Source: Candidatus Poribacteria bacterium
GTDB taxonomy: Bacteria > Poribacteria > WGA-4E > WGA-3G
DNA: 64,000 nt
NCBI GenBank assembly: GCA_965197475.1
Contig: CBDANF010000003.1
Location: 3,008,001 to 3,072,000 of the forward strand
Direction: 5' to 3'
The notes beneath the pieces are model-generated. The model did no database searches. It had not been told where the DNA came from and saw only the letters and a list, made by a program, of their open reading frames with translations. Below are positions 36,807 through 45,443 of this stretch, piece by piece. Numbering within the stretch: position 1 is the first letter of the stretch; the number at the start of each line of letters is the position of its first letter. The position numbers were made by a program, and so were the translations under genes.

Positions 36807-38450
36807 ATGAACGAAGAAGGAAAACAACCCCAACAGATGCCACATCAGATTGATGAAGGCAGATACAAGAAATTATTTGGTTTAGAGATTTACTTGACTC
36901 CTGTATTCGTAATTTCCAGTATCACTATTATCGTTTTTATCCTAGGCTCACTTATCTTTCAAGAGCAAGCGACAACACTCTTCGGAAATGTCCGAGTCTG
37001 GCTTACCACAAACCTTGACTGGCTGTTCATGGGCACTGCCAATCTCGTCTTTCTCTTTTGCTTGTTTGTAGCAATCTCACCTCTCGGTAAAATTCGGTTA
37101 GGAGGTACAGATGCGAAACCCGAGTATTCCTACTTAACTTGGCTCGCCATGCTTTTTGCTGCAGGCGTGGGTATTGGGCTTCTCTTCTTTGGCGTGTCGG
37201 AGCCGGTTACCTATTTTCAGGGTGGTAGCTATTCGCCGCTGGGGATAGAAACGGTTTATAACGCAGAGACAGCTTACACCGCAGAAAATGTGCCTGACAT
37301 CGGAGATCCCAAAGTTCAAGCGGCGGCCTCCTTGGGTATAGCAGCAACAGTCTTTCACTGGGGACTGCAGGGGTGGGCAATCTATGGAGTCGTAGGACTC
37401 GCTCTTGCATTTTACGCATATAACCGTGGATTACCTCTCCTCATCCGCTCCGCGTTTTATCCCATATTCGGTGATCGGATTTGGGGTTGGACTGGACACA
37501 TCATTGATACATTCGCCATATTTGCAGGTATCTTCGGGTTGGCAACCTCCCTCGGTTTAGGTGTGCAACAGGTAACTTCTGGCCTTAACGATCTATTTGG
37601 GATACCTGCAAACGCCCTCACCATGATAGTGCTCATTGTAGTGATTACTGCCATCGCGCTGATATCAGTGATGACAGGCATTAATGTCGGTATCAAACGT
37701 CTCAGCCAGTTCAACATCATTCTCGCGTTCATATTGCTGGTAACTGTTTTCATTCTCGGTCCGACAGGTTATATTTTCCGTAATATTTTCACTGGACTTG
37801 GGACCTATGTCATGAAAATTGTGCCGCTTAGCAACTGGGTTGGACGTGCGGACACTGGTTTCCTACACGATTGGACAACTTTCTACTGGGCATGGTGGAT
37901 CGCTTGGGCACCGTTCATCGGCACATTCATTGCACGGATTTCAAAAGGACGTACCGTTCGTGAGTTTGTCATCTTCGTGCTTCTTCTGCCTACGCTATTG
38001 TGTCTGCTCTGGTTTAGTGCATTTGGTGGCACTGCTCTCCACCAGTTCCTCACTGGTGGCTTCACGGGCGTAACCGAACAAGTTGAGACATATAATTACC
38101 CACTAGCACTGTTCAAAATGTTTGAAGGACTCCCGTGGACAACGCTGCTTTCCTGTGTCGCAATGCTCCTGACAATTATCTTCTTCGTTACCTCATCCGA
38201 CTCTGGCTCTCTGATTATTGACATCATTGCAGCTGGTGGCAAGGTTGACGCACCGATCCCGCAACGCGTGTTCTGGTGTACCGTAGAGGGTTTAGTCGCT
38301 ATTGCGCTATTACTTGGCGGCGGGTTAAAAGCACTACAGGCTGCCTCTCTCGTTACAGGTTTCCCGTTTGCGATTGTGCTATTGGGGATGGGAGCGTGTG
38401 TCTTGGTTGGGCTTATGGAAGAAAGACGTAATTCTCTATCTGGAGATTAG
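36807..38450 (+). CDS. BCCT family (betaine/choline/carnitine) transporter
   Basis: WLAMLFAAGVGIGL, FHWGL, WTTFYWAWWIAWAPF, ARISKGRT, FVTSSDSG. Confidence 0.93.
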   Translation: MNEEGKQPQQMPHQIDEGRYKKLFGLEIYLTPVFVISSITIIVFILGSLIFQEQATTLFGNVRVWLTTNLDWLFMGTANLVFLFCLFVAISPLGKIRLGGTDAKPEYSYLTWLAMLFAAGVGIGLLFFGVSEPVTYFQGGSYSPLGIETVYNAETAYTAENVPDIGDPKVQAAASLGIAATVFHWGLQGWAIYGVVGLALAFYAYNRGLPLLIRSAFYPIFGDRIWGWTGHIIDTFAIFAGIFGLATSLGLGVQQVTSGLNDLFGIPANALTMIVLIVVITAIALISVMTGINVGIKRLSQFNIILAFILLVTVFILGPTGYIFRNIFTGLGTYVMKIVPLSNWVGRADTGFLHDWTTFYWAWWIAWAPFIGTFIARISKGRTVREFVIFVLLLPTLLCLLWFSAFGGTALHQFLTGGFTGVTEQVETYNYPLALFKMFEGLPWTTLLSCVAMLLTIIFFVTSSDSGSLIIDIIAAGGKVDAPIPQRVFWCTVEGLVAIALLLGGGLKALQAASLVTGFPFAIVLLGMGACVLVGLMEERRNSLSGD

Positions 38451-38480
38451 GATTTTTTAATCGGTGATAACCTTAAAATA

Positions 38481-38519
38481 ATAGATGAGGTGGACAACTA
38501 AAGTGTCCACCTCATCTAT
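38481..38519. terminator. 16-bp perfect hairpin after the BCCT gene (terminator-like)
   Basis: atagatgaggtggaca-actaaag-tgtccacctcatctat. Confidence 0.65.
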
Positions 38520-38878
38520 CGTTAAAAAGTTTGAAATGCATCTTAGCCATAACGTGAGTTTGATATTATACCATTTCTAAGTTATTATATTGCATTAATT
38601 CGTCCGTTGGGTAGAGTTTGCGAAACCCATTATGTGTCAACTTAAGGTAATTTACCCTTATTTGTATGTATTTCAGCCCCAGCGGGACTAAAGATGTGTG
38701 TTTTACCGTTTTCTATAAACATTCCGCCCCGTTGGGGCTGCTCTTTGCTACTATTGAGGTTTTTCAGTGAGTTACGTCCTCGCGCAAAACTCGCTGAAAA
38801 TCAAAACGGACTTGAAAACTCAACATGAAACTGACATAAATTGCCCAAACTTTTGTAATATTATCAGGCATATTGACA

Positions 38879-40021
38879 ATGAAAATCACTGCAATACACA
38901 CTTTCATGGCGAACTTTGGCAACCGTCCACGTGGTCTGATCAAAGTCGAAACGAATGAAGGTATCCACGGATGGGGTGAAGCATATTCTACAGGACCAGA
39001 TCTCTCTGTTGAACCGATTGCCAACTATATCTTTGAGATGATTCAGGGGGAGGATCCGCGTCGGATAGAATACATCATGCTAAAACTACATCAGCAGTTT
39101 CGTTTTCCACCGGGTGGTGCCGGTCTCGCTGTCATCTCAGCAGTTGACCACGCACTCTGGGACATCAGTGGAAAAGCAGCTGGATTGCCGGTGTACATGC
39201 TACTTGGCGGACACGCCCGGGACCGCATCCGTGTTTATCACGGTATCGGTGGGAGGGACGGTATAGAAGCCTCCGATCAAGCCCGTAAACTTAATGAGGA
39301 ATGGGGGTTCACCGCTTTCAAAACAAGTCCTTATCAACTCAATCCGGATGCAGACCGATGGGGCAGAGTCTGCACTGCGGCTGCTAACTACTTTGAACAA
39401 CTACGTCAGAATACACCGGACGATTGGGAGTTCGCATTTGACCCGCATGCCAAAATCTTTGAGCCGATTCGTGCACTTCAACTCGCCAATGCGCTTGCGC
39501 CGTACGATCCGTTCTTCTATGAGGAACCGCTGCGTCCCGAACATATCCCTGCGTGGTCGCGTCTCCGCTCACAGATGCAGGTGCCGCTCGCAACAGGTGA
39601 GTCCTTGTACACACGGTCTGAATTCCTTGATCTTATTACTGCACAGGGGGCAGACATCATTCAGCCTGATGTGTGTGTCTGCGGCGGATTGTTAGAGATG
39701 CGCAAAATCGCAGCGATTGCTGAGGCGCACTATGTGACCGTTGCACCACACAACCCGATGGGACCACTGGCAACTGCTGTCAATGTTCACTTCGCTGCCG
39801 CGACTCCGAACTTTAAAATCCTTGAATATCTTCTCCCGACTGATAGTGTTTGGAATTCATGGGTAGATGAACCCTACATGCCTAAAAACGGGTATTTGGA
39901 GTTGCGAAACCGCCCGGGATTTGGTGTTGAAATTGACGAAGACGCAATAACAGCCAATGACTACGTTCATTGGCAAAGAACCTGTCCTATCAGACCAGAT
40001 GGTTCTACAGGTTATATTTAG
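38879..40021 (+). CDS. Mandelate racemase/galactonate dehydratase-like enolase-superfamily enzyme
   Basis: GWGEA, ALWDISGKAAGLPVYMLLGG, YEEP, ATGE, IIQPD, APHNP. Confidence 0.88.
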   Translation: MKITAIHTFMANFGNRPRGLIKVETNEGIHGWGEAYSTGPDLSVEPIANYIFEMIQGEDPRRIEYIMLKLHQQFRFPPGGAGLAVISAVDHALWDISGKAAGLPVYMLLGGHARDRIRVYHGIGGRDGIEASDQARKLNEEWGFTAFKTSPYQLNPDADRWGRVCTAAANYFEQLRQNTPDDWEFAFDPHAKIFEPIRALQLANALAPYDPFFYEEPLRPEHIPAWSRLRSQMQVPLATGESLYTRSEFLDLITAQGADIIQPDVCVCGGLLEMRKIAAIAEAHYVTVAPHNPMGPLATAVNVHFAAATPNFKILEYLLPTDSVWNSWVDEPYMPKNGYLELRNRPGFGVEIDEDAITANDYVHWQRTCPIRPDGSTGYI

Positions 40022-40087
40022 GTACTTCACAAAACTATAGAACTATGGCTTAGCTTAATCTAAAACTAAAACATACATGGAGACTTT

Positions 40088-41146
40088 ATGAAACCAGTAA
40101 AATTAGGTGTTATTGGATGTGGTGTCATTGGAAGTAGACATCTCAGTATAGCATCAGATTCTGATCATATTGAGTTGGTCGCTGCGGCAGATTTAATTGA
40201 AGCAAACAGGGAGCGAGCTGCCGAACGCTTCAATCCCCCAAAAATGTATACGACTGACGTTGATCTTCTTGACGACGAAGATATTGAGGCTATCGTGCTT
40301 GCATTTCCAACGCAATACCGTACTGAAGTTGCATTACGTGCCTTTGAAAGAGGAAAACATGTCCTGATTGAAAAACCGATTGCAATGAACGTTGATGAAG
40401 TGAATCAACTGATAGCTGCACGCGGAGATTTAGTTTCTGGCTGTTGTTCATCTCGTAACCGTTTTAACAAATCTGCCCGTCTCGTGACTCAACTCATCAC
40501 AACAGGTGGGTTAGGAGAACTACGTACTGTGCATTGCAGAGCCATTAATGGTGCAGGAAAAGAACCGGGATCACCTCGGCCCGCGTGGCGACTGGCGAAA
40601 GCACTCAACGGTGGCGGTATCCTCGTTAATTGGGGGTGTTATGATATAGACTTCCTACTCGGGATGACTGGCTGGAAACTGAAACCGCAAACCGTATTTG
40701 CGCAAACATGGACAGTGCCACCTATATTTGAATCGCATATCGCTGCTGGTTCTGACGCTGAGACACACTATTCGGCACTGATCCGGTGTGAGGATGGAAC
40801 GATGATTACCCTTGAACGTGGTGAATTCATGACAATGCATTCACATTCCGACTGGGAGGTTATCGGTTCGGAAGGTTCACTCAAACTCAAAATGGGAGAC
40901 GGTAACCCAGCTAGTGTCGTCCATAATCAGACCACAACGGTAGACGGAGTGAGCTCGGATGCGCTTGCTGATACCAGGGATACTGAAGGTCCACATCACG
41001 GTAACCCAACGTCCGATTTTGCAGCAGCAATCCGAGAAAACCGCCAACCCATAACTGGCTTGGAACAAGCACTTGTCGTTCAACAAATTACGGATGCTAT
41101 CTACGCATCTGCTGAAAGCGGGAATGCTGTGGAAATAGCAGATTAA
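40088..41146 (+). CDS. Gfo/Idh/MocA family oxidoreductase
   Basis: GVIGCGVIG, GKHVLIEKP, GGGIL. Confidence 0.88.
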   Translation: MKPVKLGVIGCGVIGSRHLSIASDSDHIELVAAADLIEANRERAAERFNPPKMYTTDVDLLDDEDIEAIVLAFPTQYRTEVALRAFERGKHVLIEKPIAMNVDEVNQLIAARGDLVSGCCSSRNRFNKSARLVTQLITTGGLGELRTVHCRAINGAGKEPGSPRPAWRLAKALNGGGILVNWGCYDIDFLLGMTGWKLKPQTVFAQTWTVPPIFESHIAAGSDAETHYSALIRCEDGTMITLERGEFMTMHSHSDWEVIGSEGSLKLKMGDGNPASVVHNQTTTVDGVSSDALADTRDTEGPHHGNPTSDFAAAIRENRQPITGLEQALVVQQITDAIYASAESGNAVEIAD

Positions 41147-41583
41147 GGAAAAAATAGGCACCTGCTGGTAGGCATGTTTTCTAAGCGCGCCGATCAACGG
41201 TATACCGTTTATTGTAAAATCTTCCATAATTGCTTGATTGATGACAAAGATATAAATCTCAAGGATGCGGTTCACCCGCTTTCAGTTTCTCTTTAGGAGC
41301 GTTAGAATCCTTCCCAAAACGGATATGTAGTGATGCGCCAGGGGCATGTTGTTTTCCAAAAAGCGCGTGCTTGATTCCCAGAACGCCAATGTTGTCCCTA
41401 CCATCACTACAAAACCCCATAGCGACACTATCCACAACCATTCTGTGAACGAGAATTGATTCCCTGTCTGTTAACGTTGTTCCAGATTAAACGGGCTGTC
41501 TTTTCCGCTCCATCGGAGCGGAAAATGTAGTGCAATATAGTCATTTTTTCCAATAAATTAAAACTATCATACCATCTCAAAAC

Positions 41584-42936
41584 ATGCTTAAATGGTTTTC
41601 CCAATCCACATACCTCCTATTACTTGTATTTATCCTTCTGATGCTGTTCGTTCTGACTGAAGTGCATCCATCAGATTGGCAAGACTTTCTCGGACCAGAG
41701 CGAAATGGAAAATCGAAAGAAAAGATCAACATCACGCCGTGGAAAAAGACAGGTCCGCCAATACTTTGGTCAAAAGAAATTGGTACGAGTTACGGTGCTC
41801 CGACTATCGCAAACGGACGAGTATATATCTTTGCACGCCATGGGGACATAGCACGTCTTACCTGTTTAGAAAGCGACATTGGTAACGAACTTTGGCGATT
41901 TGAATATCCCACAGACTATGAGGATATGTATGGCTACAATAACGGACCGCGGTGTTGTCCTGTCGTAGATGAGGATCGTGTCTATATTTTTGGAGCAGCG
42001 GGGATGTTACACTGTGTTAACACGCAGAACGGGAAACGCATCTGGAAAATAGACACTGCAGCGAAGTTTAATGTCGTTCAAAACTTCTTCGGTGTGGCTT
42101 CAGCACCGGCAATTGAGGGTGAATTGCTTATCGTTCACATAGGCGGCTCACCGCCGGGAACTTCAAAGAATATCTGGGTATCAAACGGTAACCCTAAACC
42201 GAACAGTAGCGGCATCGTTGCTTTTAACAAACACACAGGTGAGGTCGTCTACCGAATCGCCGATGAACTTGCGAGTTATGCAAGTCCTGTTTTTGCTACC
42301 ATCAACGGAAGACGTTGGGGATTCGCTTTCTTGCGCGGCGGACTTGTAGGATTTGAACCTGCAACAGGCAAAATTGATTTCCACTATCCGTGGCGAAGTC
42401 GTAAGATTGAATCTGTCAACGCATCATGTCCGGTAGTCGCTGACGATCTTGTTTTCATTAGCGAATCTTATGGGATCGGCAGCTCAGTCGTTCAAGTGCG
42501 TCCAGGTGGATATAAAGTCGTTTGGAAAGATCAACCGAACACCCGAATCAAGGCAATGGAACTGCACTGGAATACTGCTATCCATCATGAGGGTTACCTC
42601 TATGGTAGTAGCGGCAGACATCCTGGTGGTGCTGAACTCCGATGTGTGGAATTCAAGACCGGTAAGGTGATGTGGCGGCAGCGTGTAAACGAACGCGCAT
42701 CATTGCTCTGGGTGAACGATTACTTCATCTATCTTGGTGAGTACGGACGTTTGATGTTACTGAAATGCACGCCTGAAAAAGCTGAACTTGTCTCTGAATC
42801 AGTGCCGACAGATGAAAATGGCAAACAGTTAATAAACTATCCTGCTTGGGCGGCACCTGTGTTAGCAGATGGTCGTTTGTATATTCGCGGCAAAAATCGG
42901 CTTATCTGTTTTGCATTGGATTCAGATACGGACTAA
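41584..42936 (+). CDS. PQQ-like beta-propeller repeat protein (BamB-like), exported
   Basis: DWQDFLGPERNG, repeated G...W motifs, APVLADGRLYIR. Confidence 0.82.
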   Translation: MLKWFSQSTYLLLLVFILLMLFVLTEVHPSDWQDFLGPERNGKSKEKINITPWKKTGPPILWSKEIGTSYGAPTIANGRVYIFARHGDIARLTCLESDIGNELWRFEYPTDYEDMYGYNNGPRCCPVVDEDRVYIFGAAGMLHCVNTQNGKRIWKIDTAAKFNVVQNFFGVASAPAIEGELLIVHIGGSPPGTSKNIWVSNGNPKPNSSGIVAFNKHTGEVVYRIADELASYASPVFATINGRRWGFAFLRGGLVGFEPATGKIDFHYPWRSRKIESVNASCPVVADDLVFISESYGIGSSVVQVRPGGYKVVWKDQPNTRIKAMELHWNTAIHHEGYLYGSSGRHPGGAELRCVEFKTGKVMWRQRVNERASLLWVNDYFIYLGEYGRLMLLKCTPEKAELVSESVPTDENGKQLINYPAWAAPVLADGRLYIRGKNRLICFALDSDTD

Positions 42937-42947
42937 CAGGTTTTCAC

Positions 42948-44036
42948 TTACGGCTGCCACAATGTTGCTTCAATAAATCGTTCACCGTCTGGTTCTTCAT
43001 CAAAATAGTAAACCGTTACCATGACACCGTCAGGACGTTGAACGGTGCGAGGATATCCGATATCATGATCACCACCATTATCCCGTAAAACAATTTCTTC
43101 ACCCCACGTTTTGCCATCATCTCTGCTCAACTTCGCACAGATGTGATGCGGTGCGTCCCGAAATCCGTAAGTAAGACATAGCCTGCCATCAAGTAGATGG
43201 GTTAACGTTGGTGGATTTCCACCGCGCCCTGTATCCTCAACAGGTTGGTTCATATTATACCACGTCTGTCCATTATCATCTGAACTGTAAAGATCAATCC
43301 AGTTTTGCAAGTTTTGCCAATCTTTGCCTGACTGGCTACTTCTACCGCGGCATCGGACAGCAACTAAAATTTGCGAAGCAGTGAGTCGAACACTTGCAGG
43401 CATAATCGCGAAACCTTCTGGCTCCGGTCCAATTTGAGAGAGCAGCGAAAAGGTCTTGCCACCATCGGTAGTACGTGCACAGAATACCAAACCCTCCTGT
43501 CCATTTGCTTTAGAAGCAGTCAAAAAAAGTAAACACACATCAGAACTTGAAATGAGATAGTCTGTCCGTGCTGCAATACCCGTATAACCGAACATCGGTA
43601 GTTGGAACGGACCATCCCAGCTGTAGCAACGATCGGTAGAGGTATAAAACCATGAGTGTGCGCCAGCTTTCAGACCAGACCTGCTGCACATCATTGCGAA
43701 ATCTGGATGTTCAAAGTTGACACTTTGCGGTGTGCTAAAGGCAGTATCCTCTTGTAGTCTGTGTTTGTTCTGTACGTGTTCGTCTGCAGATAAAGTTCCT
43801 GTTCCCGGCAAGCGGCATGGTGTTTCGGACACTGTCCACGTTTCGCCACCATCTGTGCTTCGTGCTTGCATTGCTGTAAAGGGTTTATCCTTGTCACGGC
43901 GATGAAACCCTGCATCTGATTTGTGATAACCTACGGTAAAACCGACAACGATTTCGTTGTCCCAAGACCAGACACCGTAGTTTGCTGGCCATCCAGCATA
44001 ACGTCCTTTTTCACGATAAATTGTAACCTGTCGCAT
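42948..44036 (-). CDS. Sialidase-like (BNR/Asp-box) glycoside hydrolase
   Basis: Asp boxes STDGGETW, TTDGGKTF, SDDNGQTW, SRDDGKTW; DIGYP; likely start MRQV at 44036. Confidence 0.8.
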   Translation of the reverse strand: MRQVTIYREKGRYAGWPANYGVWSWDNEIVVGFTVGYHKSDAGFHRRDKDKPFTAMQARSTDGGETWTVSETPCRLPGTGTLSADEHVQNKHRLQEDTAFSTPQSVNFEHPDFAMMCSRSGLKAGAHSWFYTSTDRCYSWDGPFQLPMFGYTGIAARTDYLISSSDVCLLFLTASKANGQEGLVFCARTTDGGKTFSLLSQIGPEPEGFAIMPASVRLTASQILVAVRCRGRSSQSGKDWQNLQNWIDLYSSDDNGQTWYNMNQPVEDTGRGGNPPTLTHLLDGRLCLTYGFRDAPHHICAKLSRDDGKTWGEEIVLRDNGGDHDIGYPRTVQRPDGVMVTVYYFDEEPDGERFIEATLWQP

Positions 44037-44197
44037 CTTTACGCTCCAATAGTAGTTTTTTGGATAGTATAGCAGCACCGTATTGAATTTTCAATCTTCA
44101 TGTTTTCCTTGACAAGAGACAGAATATCGCATAAAATATGAACATACTTTCGCAATTTTATTGTAGAACAGACATACTTTTTCAAAGGACAGAATAT

Positions 44198-45268
44198 ATG
44201 GAAAAAACACATCTTTTTCACGCGCCGCACCTTCATGCAATTGCACGAACCATCTTTGTTGCTGCTGGAACATCTCAACACATTGCTAACGACGTTGCCG
44301 AGATTCTTGTTAAAGCGCATCTTGCGGGTCATGATTCACACGGAGTGCTCCGAATCCCAGCGTATATCAGAGGTGTTGATGCTGGACACATAAAACCTTC
44401 TGCTGAGCCTGAAGTTGTTGCTGAAACCGATAACACCTTACGCGTTGAGGGAAACGGTTGTTTTGGACACTATGTTTCACGTTGGTCAATGCGAAAAGCC
44501 ATAGCGAAGGCAAAAACATCTGCTTCTTGTTGTGTGAGCATCTTCAATACTGGACATATCGGTCGTTTGGGTGAGTATGCGGAAGACGCGGCGGGAGCAG
44601 GTTGTATCGGGCTTATTTCTGTCGGAATGGGTGGAAAAGGTGCGGGACCGACAGTGCCTTATGGCGGTTCACAAGGCACTTTCAGCACGAATCCTATCGC
44701 TATTGGTGTTCCTACAGGTGATGATACACCTTTCATTGTTGACTATGCTACGAGCGTGATTGCTGAAGGTAAAATACAGGTTGCGCGTAGCAATGGGACT
44801 GAACTTCCAGAAGGATGCATTTTGGATAAGCATGGCGCACCAAGTATCAAACCTGCTGATTTCTACGATGGAGGCGCGCTCCTGGCATTCGGCAAACATA
44901 AGGGATATGCCCTCGCAATGTTTACATGTCTGCTCGGAGGATTGGCGGGAACGTTTGATGCTGAAACCGGACGGATGGGCGGCATCTTCATGCAAACAAT
45001 TGATGTCAATGCCTTTACACCTGTTACAGAATATCAGAAAGGTGTTCGTGCTTTTTTGGATGTCATTAAAGCTACACCACCTGCTACCGGATTTGATGAA
45101 GTCTTGGCTCCAGGGGATTTTGAATCCCGCTACCGTGCTGAACGTCTTAAGAACGGCATTGAAATACCAGAAACGATCAAAAATCAACTGCAGGAATGTG
45201 CAGAAAATCTGAATATCTCAATAGGTGAAGAAATAATTGAAGTAGAGGATAAGGTGCGTTACCAATAA
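44198..45268 (+). CDS. Ldh_2 family (type 2 malate/L-lactate dehydrogenase) oxidoreductase
   Basis: GHDSHG, HIGRLG, TNPIAIG, DYATS, HKGYAL. Confidence 0.88.
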   Translation: MEKTHLFHAPHLHAIARTIFVAAGTSQHIANDVAEILVKAHLAGHDSHGVLRIPAYIRGVDAGHIKPSAEPEVVAETDNTLRVEGNGCFGHYVSRWSMRKAIAKAKTSASCCVSIFNTGHIGRLGEYAEDAAGAGCIGLISVGMGGKGAGPTVPYGGSQGTFSTNPIAIGVPTGDDTPFIVDYATSVIAEGKIQVARSNGTELPEGCILDKHGAPSIKPADFYDGGALLAFGKHKGYALAMFTCLLGGLAGTFDAETGRMGGIFMQTIDVNAFTPVTEYQKGVRAFLDVIKATPPATGFDEVLAPGDFESRYRAERLKNGIEIPETIKNQLQECAENLNISIGEEIIEVEDKVRYQ

Positions 45269-45365
45269 TTTTTATGAGAGTTTCTTGTAGGAGCGGTTTT
45301 CAACCGCGATTTTTGATAATTTATGTGAGAATCTTTTGTAGGAGCGGTTTTCAACCGCGATTTTT
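45265..45365 (+). repeat. Two tandem ~51-bp units, each with a GTAG-family REP
   Basis: gtaggagcggttttcaaccgcgattttt at 45287 and 45338. Confidence 0.8.
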
Positions 45366-45443
45366 TAAGGACACCTCTGTAAACCTATCTCTTTCTAACT
45401 TTCGAGCGTTAATTGTGCCAACCTTCCCAGGATAAAAAATCTC

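Noticed and set aside
41259-41441. 60-aa minus-strand ORF
   Set aside because: Runs through a REP-like inverted repeat in a repeat-rich intergenic region; no RBS or family features
45265-45365. Possible mini CRISPR array
   Set aside because: Only two units, the intervening sequences resemble each other, the repeat is a GTAG REP, and there are no cas genes
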